Of a stretch of DNA of 32,000 nt, positions 17,640 to 26,935 are shown in pieces. Source of the stretch: Pseudoalteromonas tetraodonis (GTDB lineage: Bacteria; Pseudomonadota; Gammaproteobacteria; Enterobacterales; Alteromonadaceae); the NCBI RefSeq assembly GCF_002310835.1, contig NZ_CP011041.1:1890001-1922000 (forward strand), read 5' to 3'. Under the pieces are notes generated by a model. It was given only the letters and a program-made list of their open reading frames with translations. It was not told where the DNA came from and did no database searches. A program made the position numbers and the translations under genes. Position 1 is the stretch's first letter; every line of letters starts with the position of its first letter.

Positions 17640-18683
17640 TTAGTCTTCTGATTTAATGACGGTTTCTTCACCTGTGCCAAGCATAGTGGCTAACCAACGC
17701 CCTTCGTCACTGGCTTCTAGCGCTATTTTTACAATCATAGTTAACGGCACCGATAACAACATTCCCACAGAGCCTAATAGCCAACCCCAAAATATTAACG
17801 ATAAAAATACCACTAACGTAGAGAGCCCTAACCCTTTACCCATGTATTTAGGCTCTACAATATTACCCATTACGGTATTTATAGTTAAATAACCCGCACC
17901 AACGAGGCCTGCCACTAAAGGACCTTGAGTAATAAGCGCCAGTAACAGTGCTGGAACAGCCGCTATGATTGAACCAATGTTAGGAATGTAATTAAGCATA
18001 AATGCCAGTACGCCCCAAAGTACAAAGTAATCAACATCGAGTATCCATAAGTAAAAACCAGCAATTACACCGGTGGCTAAACTTACTAGGGTTTTAATAG
18101 CCAAATAAGAGTTGATAGAGTCTAAAAAGCGGTCAATTTGCTTAATTTTACTATCGGGGTCGTCTAGTGCTAAATGTATTTTTTTACCAAGTATGGGCCC
18201 TTCAAACAGCATAAAAACAACCGTTAAAATAATTAAAAACATATTGGCCATTACGCTACCTAAGCCGGTTAACATATTGGTGGCAACATCAACCATTTTA
18301 CCGGGGTCGAACATAGACAAAATTTGTTCTTTATTAATTAATATATTGTATTGCGACGCCATATCAACCAGCCATACAAATTCTTCTTTTAACTGTGCTT
18401 TGTATTCAGGTAACTGCTTTGAAAAGTCATTAACCGACTGCCCCACTAAACCGCCTAAGCTAACACCTAAGCCCATAATAATAAGCACCACAAGCACCAC
18501 CGCTATGCCTTTTGGAATACGGTAGCGAGCAAAAAAATTAATGAGTGGGCTACAAATAATGGCGATGAATGCTGCCAAAATAAACGGAATAACAATAGCA
18601 CTTGCGGCTTTAATGCCCGCCAATACAATAACCAACGCTGCAAAAATAATTAAGCTTTTATTTACCCCAGTTAAACTTGCCAA
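17640..18683 (-). CDS. AI-2E family transporter (PerM/UPF0118)
   Basis: The 347-aa polytopic protein has the conserved NYIPNIGS and GLSTLVVFLSLIFWGWLLG blocks. TTG start with AGGATAAGAG upstream. Confidence 0.85.
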   Translation of the reverse strand: MASLTGVNKSLIIFAALVIVLAGIKAASAIVIPFILAAFIAIICSPLINFFARYRIPKGIAVVLVVLIIMGLGVSLGGLVGQSVNDFSKQLPEYKAQLKEEFVWLVDMASQYNILINKEQILSMFDPGKMVDVATNMLTGLGSVMANMFLIILTVVFMLFEGPILGKKIHLALDDPDSKIKQIDRFLDSINSYLAIKTLVSLATGVIAGFYLWILDVDYFVLWGVLAFMLNYIPNIGSIIAAVPALLLALITQGPLVAGLVGAGYLTINTVMGNIVEPKYMGKGLGLSTLVVFLSLIFWGWLLGSVGMLLSVPLTMIVKIALEASDEGRWLATMLGTGEETVIKSED

Positions 18684-18851
18684 TACTCTTATCCTATTGC
18701 TGTTATTTGGCTTCAGTGTAAGGCAAAACCCAATAGAATGAAATATTTATGGGTGATCATAATAATGATTAGTACGTATAAATTTGCAAATCGTTGAGCT
18801 GGGGAGTATAAATTTTAAACATCCCGCTTTATTTATAATTTTGGAGTTGCA

Positions 18852-19742
18852 ATGCATATATTTTTTACAGGCGCCACGGGCTTAATTGGTAGGCACCTTT
18901 GCCCTTTCTTGTTGCACCACCACGACATTACGGTACTAAGTAGAAACCCAACCAAAGCTAAAGTTTTGTTAGGCCACAGAGTAAATGCTGTTAGCAGCTT
19001 AGACGATGTCGATTTTAATACGGTCGATATTGTCATTAATTTAGCCGGCGAACCTATCGTTAATAAACGCTGGAGTGATAAACAAAAAGCAAAAATACGC
19101 GATAGCCGAATTATTATTACCCAAGCCATAAGCGATGCAATTAATCAGTGTCATACACCGCCACATACGTTTATTTCAGGCAGTGCAATAGGCTATTATG
19201 GTCGCCAAGGTAAAACCCAAGTTGATGAAAACAACACAGAACCACACGATGAATTTAGTCACCAACTTTGCAGGGATTGGGAACTCGCTGCATTAAAAGC
19301 TGAGTCTGACGATACTCGTGTTTGCTTACTTCGCACAGGCATTGTACTGGCTAAAAAAGGCGGCGCACTTGGAAAAATGTTGCCTGCATTTAAGCTTTGT
19401 TTAGGCGGGCCAATTGGCAATGGCGAGCAAGGTATGTCGTGGATCCACATTGATGACATGGTGCAGCTCATTTTATTTTTGATTCGTAATCAAGATATCT
19501 CTGGTGCTGTAAATGCCACTGCCCCGCATCCGGTAAGCAATAAACAATTTAGCCAATCATTGGGTAAAGCATTGTCACGCCCTGCCTTTATGCCCATGCC
19601 TGCAGCTGTGCTCAATGTTTTAATGGGAGAAATGGCAGATCTACTCACAACCGGCCAATTTGTGGTGCCTAAAAAAGCATTAGAAAATAATTACCGTTTT
19701 CACTTTTCTGAAATCGATGCCGCATTAAAAAGTTTAGTTTAA
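18852..19742 (+). CDS. Epimerase-family protein, YfcH/SDR39U1-like (TIGR01777-type)
   Basis: The 296-aa ORF has FFTGATGLIGRHL (Rossmann fold), RWSD..K......SRI and a C-terminal DUF1731-like segment (G.FVVPKKAL...Y.F). Confidence 0.85.
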   Translation: MHIFFTGATGLIGRHLCPFLLHHHDITVLSRNPTKAKVLLGHRVNAVSSLDDVDFNTVDIVINLAGEPIVNKRWSDKQKAKIRDSRIIITQAISDAINQCHTPPHTFISGSAIGYYGRQGKTQVDENNTEPHDEFSHQLCRDWELAALKAESDDTRVCLLRTGIVLAKKGGALGKMLPAFKLCLGGPIGNGEQGMSWIHIDDMVQLILFLIRNQDISGAVNATAPHPVSNKQFSQSLGKALSRPAFMPMPAAVLNVLMGEMADLLTTGQFVVPKKALENNYRFHFSEIDAALKSLV

Positions 19743-19769
19743 CGACTGACCTTAAAGGGTTAAGTTTGT

Positions 19770-19815
19770 AGCAAGGGAGTATAAAGTTAATACTTTTTAC
19801 TCCCTTGCTATTTTA
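19770..19815 (+). terminator. Intrinsic terminator after the yfcH-like gene
   Basis: A perfect 12-bp stem, AGCAAGGGAGTA (19770-19781) with TACTCCCTTGCT (19798-19809), is followed by ATTTT. Confidence 0.6.
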
Positions 19816-19877
19816 GTGTTACTACCTAATAATGAGTTAAGCGTTATTTCTTATTCAGCTAAAAGAGCAACTAAAAC

Positions 19878-21056
19878 ATGCTTCATTTACCCACATTAAT
19901 TAGCCTCTGTTTTATTCTTAACTTGTTTATTGCAGTGTTCTTTTTTTCAGTGTATTCATATAAAAAACAACCTAGCTTTTTATTTTTTGCTACTGCCTGC
20001 TGCTCGTTTATAACCGCTATTGCCCTGATTGGTTTGAGAGGAGTGATTGACTATCCACTTTTAACTTACTTTTTTGCTTACCTATTTATTATTTTAACCC
20101 CACTCCTGCTTATTTTAGGGTTAATACCACAAAGTACGGTGCCTGCAGTGAAGCTAACGCCTTTATATTATGCTTGTGCTATATGTTGCACATTGCTACT
20201 TGCTGTGTATCTCATTGATGCGGGACAAATTATTACCAGTATCATTACTACCGTACTATTTAGCTACGCGGCCTATTTAATGATCAAAACCCCCAGTGTT
20301 GCTAAAGTACAGCAACGACTACTAATTGCCTGCTTTTCACTACACAGTGTAGTAATGCTGTTGCAAGTTGTACTCCTTGTTTTACCCTACTTTAGCCAAA
20401 TTAGTCAGGCGAACTTAGCCGCAGGGTTACAACTATTATTGGTCTCGCATTTATTTTTAACCACAGCCAGTGCGTTAATTCTGCCGTTTATTGCTTTTGC
20501 CAATGAAGAATCAAAACTAATAAACTTAGCTAATCACGATCCGCTCACACAATTATTAAACAGGCGAGGCTTTTTCCGCCTGTGTAAAAAAATAACCCAC
20601 ACTGCACCACTTAACAGCAGAGTGTCGTTAATTATGCTCGATATCGATCTTTTTAAACAAGTGAACGACCGATATGGTCATGAAACTGGCGACGAAGCAA
20701 TAAAGTGGATTGCACAACATATTAACGAATTGTTTTTTGAAGCAGGCATTACCGCTCGAATTGGCGGAGAAGAGTTTGCTATTTTCCTTAATCAAAAAAA
20801 TCTTACTCAAGCAAGGCAGTTAGCCCAAAAGCTATGCAGAAGTATTGATCAATATCCCTTTTATTTTAACGGTAATAGTATTGCACTGTCTGTTAGTGCT
20901 GGAGTAAGTAGCGCACTTATTCGCGATTTAAATATGCAAGAGCTGCTATTGCAAGCTGATAAACGCCTTTACCTTGCTAAAGAAACGGGCCGAAATAAAG
21001 TTGTTACTCATGATGAAAAAAGCGCGCTCATGAATAGCCACTCTGCCATTATTTAA
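19878..21056 (+). CDS. Membrane-bound diguanylate cyclase (GGDEF domain, GGEEF active site)
   Basis: The 392-aa ORF has about 200 aa of multi-TM N-terminus, then HDPLTQLLNRRGF, MLDIDLFKQVNDRYGH, RIGGEEFAI and ADKRLYLAK..GRN. Confidence 0.85.
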   Translation: MLHLPTLISLCFILNLFIAVFFFSVYSYKKQPSFLFFATACCSFITAIALIGLRGVIDYPLLTYFFAYLFIILTPLLLILGLIPQSTVPAVKLTPLYYACAICCTLLLAVYLIDAGQIITSIITTVLFSYAAYLMIKTPSVAKVQQRLLIACFSLHSVVMLLQVVLLVLPYFSQISQANLAAGLQLLLVSHLFLTTASALILPFIAFANEESKLINLANHDPLTQLLNRRGFFRLCKKITHTAPLNSRVSLIMLDIDLFKQVNDRYGHETGDEAIKWIAQHINELFFEAGITARIGGEEFAIFLNQKNLTQARQLAQKLCRSIDQYPFYFNGNSIALSVSAGVSSALIRDLNMQELLLQADKRLYLAKETGRNKVVTHDEKSALMNSHSAII

Positions 21057-21065
21057 TTTAGCAAT

Positions 21066-21100
21066 AAAAAAAGCGGGGTCAAACCTGACCCCGCTTTATA
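21066..21100. terminator. Bidirectional intrinsic terminator
   Basis: AAAAAAGCGGGGTC-AAACCT-GACCCCGCTTTAT lies between convergent genes. Confidence 0.65.
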
Positions 21101-21119
21101 ATCAAACCAATTAATTTTA

Positions 21120-21791
21120 TTACTTACTGATCCAAGGCGTTACTTTAACTACCTCGTTTATATCAGCCAATACTTTTGTGTCGTTTTGCCAGCTGTCTGT
21201 TACTTCAAAATAACATACTGATTCTTCGCATGTTATGCGCTCATCATCAAATTGTTTAGGCGCATTAAAAGTAACAACCACCCCTTTTTGCTCAGGCAGT
21301 AAAAACCACATTAGTTTGCTAACAAAAAAGCCCGACAAGTCTGTTAAAAGCGCTTCAAGCTCATTATTAATGGTTAATAATGATTGCTTTGAAAAGGTTA
21401 GCCCTTCTAGCTCGTTGGCCTCTATTTGGAGCTTTAACTGACAATCATGAATCGGATTTTTAGGCTGAACCACAATCACCGCTTTGTCAGTATCGAGCTG
21501 CTTATCATACGGTAATAACAGTTGCGCTTTGTCAGTGTAATTAAGCGGGTACTCATTTTTTTCAGTTAAAATAGTCCCGCTTTTGATACTACATACTTCG
21601 TTAGTACCAATATCGCTAATATAAAAGTTTACGCGGGCGTACTGAAAATCGCCTTTGTTTACTACTTTTAAACGGTCGTAAAAACCGTCATACGACATAA
21701 CAAACTCTTTAGCATAGGTGTTATTTGCCGCTATTGCTAAAAAGCAGGTCGCTATAGTCGTAACTAATTTTAATACTGGTTTATTCATCAA
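21120..21791 (-). CDS. Secreted hypothetical protein (possibly DUF2987 family)
   Basis: The 223-aa ORF has a signal peptide (…AIAANNTYA|K) and overlaps the upstream Bax-like gene by 11 nt. The DUF assignment comes from remembered gene context only. Confidence 0.55.
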   Translation of the reverse strand: MMNKPVLKLVTTIATCFLAIAANNTYAKEFVMSYDGFYDRLKVVNKGDFQYARVNFYISDIGTNEVCSIKSGTILTEKNEYPLNYTDKAQLLLPYDKQLDTDKAVIVVQPKNPIHDCQLKLQIEANELEGLTFSKQSLLTINNELEALLTDLSGFFVSKLMWFLLPEQKGVVVTFNAPKQFDDERITCEESVCYFEVTDSWQNDTKVLADINEVVKVTPWISK

Positions 21792-22590
21792 AGTACGCTC
21801 GGTTTTGATTGATCATCGTATTTAGCTCTTCAATATACGCTTCACCACGCTCTGAGTAGGACATCAGCCCAAGGGTTAGCTTAGTCGCCTTAATTGGCTT
21901 TTGCTGTGCGCGTAAATCTTCACGTATACTGCGTAATTGTTTATAGGCATTATGCGTATTAATATTTCTAAAATATGACGTTACAGCAGCGCGAACCGAT
22001 TTAAATGCAGCCACTTCATGCTCGGCTTCATTATTACGTCTTCTTGGCACCATGCCACAGCCTTTTTTGTAGCACCATTGGCCAAAAAAGTTTAAGCCTA
22101 TTCGGGCAAAGCGTGAGGTACCCCATGCCGACTCATTAGCAGCTTGCATTAGGGCAAGTTCTTTAGGAATAATATCTACACGGCGCAGCGCTTGAGTTAG
22201 TGTAAGCGTGTCTAAGGTTTCAGGTAAGCGGTATAATTTAAGTATTTTTTTAATATCGCTCGCTTGTTTTTTACTTAACGGCTCGTCGTGTTCTAGCATC
22301 ATGCGCGCAATTTCAATGTTTGCACGTTGCTGTAAAATCTTTTTGTTTTCGGCTTCTACATGGGGCTTAATGAAGTTAAAAAACGCATGCTTTTTCTCTT
22401 TTACATCGGTGTATTCTGAGAATTTTGGCAACTTAACATTGTGCAATGGTTTTTCTTTCTTCTTTTCTTTTTTAATGTCGTCAGCACGTGTTTGTTCATC
22501 TGAAACAAACTCATCAGTTTGTATAAATGGATGAGTAAGTGCCCAAATAACAAGGGCGGCTAACAACAACTGAAAAATAGTTTTTAACAT
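21781..22590 (-). CDS. bax: Bax-like protein with glucosaminidase (FlgJ/LytD-type) domain
   Basis: The 269-aa ORF has an N-terminal TM anchor and a Lys-rich linker. Motifs LMQAANESAWGTSRFA and NFFGQWCY are characteristic of the mannosyl-glycoprotein endo-beta-N-acetylglucosaminidase domain. Confidence 0.8.
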   Translation of the reverse strand: MLKTIFQLLLAALVIWALTHPFIQTDEFVSDEQTRADDIKKEKKKEKPLHNVKLPKFSEYTDVKEKKHAFFNFIKPHVEAENKKILQQRANIEIARMMLEHDEPLSKKQASDIKKILKLYRLPETLDTLTLTQALRRVDIIPKELALMQAANESAWGTSRFARIGLNFFGQWCYKKGCGMVPRRRNNEAEHEVAAFKSVRAAVTSYFRNINTHNAYKQLRSIREDLRAQQKPIKATKLTLGLMSYSERGEAYIEELNTMINQNRAYFDE

Positions 22591-22771
22591 GTATTATCTC
22601 AATTAAACTCTAAGTTATGTATGGTGTAGTCACATACATACGAACACTCATTATACCTAAGCCACTTTATAAACGCGAATACCGAACAACTGAATAAAAT
22701 TCATACGCCTATTGTGAGTTATTTATAATATACTAAGCGTTAAAGTCGTAGATATAGAGATAGGTTGTGAC

Positions 22772-24064
22772 ATGGATAAACAGTGGCAAAATAGAATAAT
22801 TGAACAATATAAGCACCGCCCAAACGATAACCGCTCTCCTTGGCAAATAGACCGCTCTCGAATTATTCATGCTGCAGCATTTAGACGCCTTCAAGCCAAA
22901 ACTCAAATAATGGGTATTGGTTTAAATGACTTTTATCGCACACGTCTTACCCATTCTTTAGAAGTATCGCAAATAGGCACGGGCATATTACGTCACTTAA
23001 AAGCCCAGCACCCTCGTTTTGAACATTTTCCATCAACCGGATTACTCGAAACCTTATGTTTAGCGCACGACATCGGCCATCCCCCCTTTGGGCACGGCGG
23101 AGAAATTGCACTTAACTACATGATGCGTGATCATGGCGGGTTTGAAGGTAACGCACAAACGCTACGAATAGTCGCCAAACTAGAGCCTTATAGTAATGGC
23201 TATGGCATGAACTTAACAAGGCGCACATTATTAGGGTTTATAAAGTACCCTGGTTTTATCGATCAGTTGTGGTACAACATTCCCAAAGTAGATAAACAAC
23301 GCGCGTTTATAAAAGCCGACGACTGGCGACCTGCTAAAGGTATTTACAATGACGATGCACCTATATTTAATTGGATCATTGAACCACTGAGTCAAAATGA
23401 TAAAGCATTATTAACCAGCCAAAATATTGTAGATTCATACCGAGCTAAAACACGCTATAAATCTCTCGATAGTGCCATTATGGAACTGGCTGATGACATT
23501 GCCTATGCCGTACACGACCTTGAAGATGCCATAGCCACCGATGTGTTAAGCCTAGACGATTGGTTAACCCATGCATTGCCGCACTTACAAGCACTCAACT
23601 ATGATTGGTTAAATACGCTACTTAAATCACTTACAGAGCGATTATTTTCAAGGCACGAACATGAACGCAAAGATGCCATTGGTGAATTAGTAAATACCTT
23701 TATTATTCATATTCATTTAGACATACAAAACGATGCCTTTGAATGCCCTATTTTAAAGCACACCGCTAAATTAGATCAGCAATACGAAAACGTATTACAA
23801 ATACTTAAACATTTTGTATTTCAACGCTTGATACGCGATCCACAAATGCAACAAATAGAATTTAAAGGGCAGAACCTGCTTATTGAACTGTTTACCGCAT
23901 TTGCCAGCGATCCAATGCGGTTATTACCCGAAACCACGCAAGCACTTTACCTAGAAGCCGAAAAACACCATCAAGGCATGCGAATTATTTGTGACTACTT
24001 AAGCGGTATGAGTGACGAATACGCTTATAAAACTTATCAACGGTTGTTCTCTCCCATACAATAA
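22772..24064 (+). CDS. dGTP triphosphohydrolase-like HD-domain protein
   Basis: The 430-aa ORF has SPWQIDRSRIIHAAAFRRLQAKTQ, RLTHSLEVSQIG, HDIGHPPFGH and DDIAYAVHDLEDA, the dgt family signature. Confidence 0.9.
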   Translation: MDKQWQNRIIEQYKHRPNDNRSPWQIDRSRIIHAAAFRRLQAKTQIMGIGLNDFYRTRLTHSLEVSQIGTGILRHLKAQHPRFEHFPSTGLLETLCLAHDIGHPPFGHGGEIALNYMMRDHGGFEGNAQTLRIVAKLEPYSNGYGMNLTRRTLLGFIKYPGFIDQLWYNIPKVDKQRAFIKADDWRPAKGIYNDDAPIFNWIIEPLSQNDKALLTSQNIVDSYRAKTRYKSLDSAIMELADDIAYAVHDLEDAIATDVLSLDDWLTHALPHLQALNYDWLNTLLKSLTERLFSRHEHERKDAIGELVNTFIIHIHLDIQNDAFECPILKHTAKLDQQYENVLQILKHFVFQRLIRDPQMQQIEFKGQNLLIELFTAFASDPMRLLPETTQALYLEAEKHHQGMRIICDYLSGMSDEYAYKTYQRLFSPIQ

Positions 24065-24077
24065 AGTAGTGAGCATA

Positions 24078-24113
24078 AAAAAAAGCCGAGTCATTTAAGT
24101 AACTCGGCTTTTC
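24078..24113. terminator. Bidirectional intrinsic terminator
   Basis: AAAAAAAGCCGAGT-(loop)-ACTCGGCTTTTC lies between convergent genes. Confidence 0.65.
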
Positions 24114-24132
24114 GTTAGCTTATAAAGTCACA

Positions 24133-26289
24133 TTAAAGTGATTTAATGCCCATGTTGTAAAGCGTAAAACCGTACATGTCGGCATAAAGGTCAATAATTT
24201 TACTTGTTGGCGTACCCGCACCGTGGCCTGCATTGGTTTCAATACGAATAAGCGTTGGATTAGTGCCCGCTTGGTTCGCTTGAAGCTCTGCTGCAAATTT
24301 AAATGAATGCGACGGTACAACGCGGTCATCATGATCGCCTGTAGTGATCATAGTCGCCGGATATTCAACCCCTGCTTTTACATTATGAATTGGCGAGTAG
24401 CCTTTTAAGTAATCAAACATTTCTTTACTTTGGTCGCTAGTACCGTAATCGTATGCCCAGCCAGCGCCCGCTGTAAAAGTATGATAACGCAGCATATCCA
24501 GTACACCTACCGCAGGTAGCGCCACTTGAAATAAGTCAGGTCGCTGGGTCATTACGGCACCGACTAATAACCCGCCGTTTGAACCACCTCGCAGTGCTAG
24601 GCGCTTTTTAGAGGTGTATTTTTTATCTTGTAAGTATTGTGCGGCGGCAATAAAGTCGTCAAATACGTTTTGCTTTTGCAATTGCGTACCCGCTTTATGC
24701 CACTCTTTACCATACTCACCGCCACCACGAATGTTTGCCACTGCGTATACGCCGCCTTGCTCAAGCCAAGCCGCTGTTGTAGAGCTAAAGCGAGGTGTTA
24801 AGCTTATATTAAAGCCACCATAGCCATATAAAATAGTTGGGTTGCTACCGTCTAATTTAATATCACTTTTGTAAGTAATAATCATCGGTACTTTAGTGCC
24901 ATCTTTAGAGGTATAAAATACTTGCTCAGAGGTGTAGTTGTCGCTATTAAAATCAATCCCTGACTTACGATATACTTTAGACTCACCACTTTGTACGTCA
25001 AAACTGTAAGTCGTGCCAGGTGTTTTGTAGTTAGTAAATGAGTAATAAAGCGTAGTTTGCTCTTTTTTACCGCCAAAGCCACTCGCTGTACCAACACCTG
25101 GTAAGCTAATTTCGCGGATCAATTCGCCTTTTTTGTTGTACTGTTTCACTTTAGAAATAGCATCAACCATGTAGTTGGCAAAAAACGTATTTCCGCCAAG
25201 CGTTACATTAAGTACGTTTTCGGTTTCTGGAATAAAGTCTTGCCAGTTTTCAGGTTGCGGGTTGCTTGCATCAACCGTCACTACTTTTTTATTCGGAGCA
25301 TTTAAGTTAGTAACCAAAAATAGCTTGCTGCCTTCGTTATCAATCACACTGGTATCAGAGTCGGTATTACCCACTACGGTAACAAACTCGCTATCTGGCT
25401 TAGTTAAATCTTTAATAAATAACTTATTGCCTGAGGTCGATACGCTAGCACTAATAAACAAATAACGGCCATCTTTGGTCGCTTTGGCGCCTACATAACG
25501 GTGTTTTTGCTCAGCGGTATCGCCAAATACTAGCGTATCCTCGCTTTGGGCTTGGCCTAATTTATGGTAGTACACTTTATGTTGATCAGTTTTTGCAGAA
25601 AGCTCACTGCCCTCTGGCTTATCGTAGCTTGAATAATAAAAACCATCATTTGCCAACCAACTTACGCCACTAAATTTAACATCAACCAGTGCTTGCTCTA
25701 CTTGCTCTTTGGTTTCGGTGTCTATAACAATGATTTTACGCCAATCACTGCCACCTTCCGATATTTGGTATGCTAACAATGAGCCATCTTCTGAAAATGA
25801 TAAGCCCGACATTGAAGTGGTACCATCTTCACTAAAGGTATTAGGATCTAAGAAAATCTCAGCCTCGCCGCCGTCTTTACTGCGGTATAAAACGTACTGA
25901 TTTTGCAGGCCATCATTTTTGTAAAAATAGGTGTAATCACCTTCGGTGAACGGCGCGCTGATTTTTTCGTAGTTCATTAACTTTTCAAGGCGCTGCTTTA
26001 ACGTATCTCTGTACGGTATTTGCTCTAAATATGAAAAGGTTAGGTTATTTTGTGTTTTAACCCATTGAGCCGTTTCATCACTCATATCATCTTCTAACCA
26101 ACGATACGGATCAGCCACATTTTCACCAAAGTAAGTGTCAACCACTGTGCCTTTTTTAGTTTCAGGGTAATCTAGAGAGTTAACTGCTTTCATTGCTGTT
26201 TTTACTTCATTTTGAGAGGTGTTTTCTGCAGGTTGTGAACAACCCGCAAGTGCGATTACAACCGCACAGGTAAGTGTTTTTTTTAGCAT
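24133..26289 (-). CDS. Prolyl oligopeptidase (S9A) family serine peptidase, lipoprotein
   Basis: The 718-aa ORF has a lipobox (LAGC), DPYRWLED near the N-terminus, the catalytic GGSNGGLL motif, DDRV, and a C-terminal GHG. Confidence 0.9.
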   Translation of the reverse strand: MLKKTLTCAVVIALAGCSQPAENTSQNEVKTAMKAVNSLDYPETKKGTVVDTYFGENVADPYRWLEDDMSDETAQWVKTQNNLTFSYLEQIPYRDTLKQRLEKLMNYEKISAPFTEGDYTYFYKNDGLQNQYVLYRSKDGGEAEIFLDPNTFSEDGTTSMSGLSFSEDGSLLAYQISEGGSDWRKIIVIDTETKEQVEQALVDVKFSGVSWLANDGFYYSSYDKPEGSELSAKTDQHKVYYHKLGQAQSEDTLVFGDTAEQKHRYVGAKATKDGRYLFISASVSTSGNKLFIKDLTKPDSEFVTVVGNTDSDTSVIDNEGSKLFLVTNLNAPNKKVVTVDASNPQPENWQDFIPETENVLNVTLGGNTFFANYMVDAISKVKQYNKKGELIREISLPGVGTASGFGGKKEQTTLYYSFTNYKTPGTTYSFDVQSGESKVYRKSGIDFNSDNYTSEQVFYTSKDGTKVPMIITYKSDIKLDGSNPTILYGYGGFNISLTPRFSSTTAAWLEQGGVYAVANIRGGGEYGKEWHKAGTQLQKQNVFDDFIAAAQYLQDKKYTSKKRLALRGGSNGGLLVGAVMTQRPDLFQVALPAVGVLDMLRYHTFTAGAGWAYDYGTSDQSKEMFDYLKGYSPIHNVKAGVEYPATMITTGDHDDRVVPSHSFKFAAELQANQAGTNPTLIRIETNAGHGAGTPTSKIIDLYADMYGFTLYNMGIKSL

Positions 26290-26446
26290 TGTTATTTTAT
26301 TTCCTTGTTGATAATCACTCTAAGTTATTAACTTTTCCTGCTTTTGTCTATTAAGATGCGGTAAACGTCATTTATCGCTGTTAACCTGCGCTTAGTTACG
26401 CTTAAATACATTAATGAACAACGTTTAAACACCAATAGGCTAAGTA

Positions 26447-26758
26447 ATGACAGAAACCCAATCCTTTAAAAGCTTTAAACGCTTTTACCCTTATTACTTA
26501 AAAGAGCATCGTAATCAAACCTGCCGTAGATTGCATTTTATAGGCAGTAGTTTAGTACTGTTACTGGCAGGTTATGCGTTTTTTAGCTCACAACTTATGT
26601 TGTTATGGTTATTACCAGTGATTGGTTATGGCTTTGCGTGGGTTGGGCATTTCTTTTTTGAAAAAAACCGCCCTGCTACATTTAAGCACCCGTTATATAG
26701 TTTATGGGGCGATTGGGTAATGTTTAAAGATATGCTCACAGGTAAAATTAAATGGTAA
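26447..26758 (+). CDS. DUF962 (Mpo1-like) membrane protein
   Basis: The 103-aa ORF has F..FYPYYL.EH.N..CRRLHFIGS, two TM segments, and HFFFEKNRPATF. Confidence 0.65.
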   Translation: MTETQSFKSFKRFYPYYLKEHRNQTCRRLHFIGSSLVLLLAGYAFFSSQLMLLWLLPVIGYGFAWVGHFFFEKNRPATFKHPLYSLWGDWVMFKDMLTGKIKW

Positions 26759-26818
26759 ATGGCGACTTACGCTACAGGCTACTCAAATAGTCCACCTGCT
26801 GCTGTAAATAAATTGTAG

Positions 26819-26921
26819 ATTGAATGTAATTCAATTGACCTTGGTTGTAAAAATGGTCTACCTTGACAACAGAAATTTCAATTAGTTCATTAACAATTGA
26901 ATTACCTGTAGAGCATTGAAT
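26819..26921 (+). promoter_or_regulatory. Promoter/operator region of the TonB-dependent receptor gene with repeated ATTGAAT motifs
   Basis: A 17-bp palindrome ATTGAATGTAATTCAAT sits at 26819-26835 and TTGACA at 26863-26868. TTTCAAT (26876-26882) is inverted relative to ATTGAAT (26896-26902), and a further ATTGAAT (26915-26921) abuts the GAGGG Shine-Dalgarno. Confidence 0.3.
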
Positions 26922-26935
26922 GAGGGAAACTAATC

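Noticed and set aside
22616-22640. 8-bp inverted repeat TATGTATG / CATACATA in the bax-dgt divergent region as an operator
   Set aside because: It is short, AT-rich and a simple-sequence (TA/CA) repeat, so it is well within chance expectation.
26760-26935. Fur or Zur box upstream of the TonB-dependent receptor
   Set aside because: The palindromes present (ATTGAAT family) do not align with the GATAATGATAATCATTATC or Zur consensus by eye. I reported them as an unassigned operator instead.
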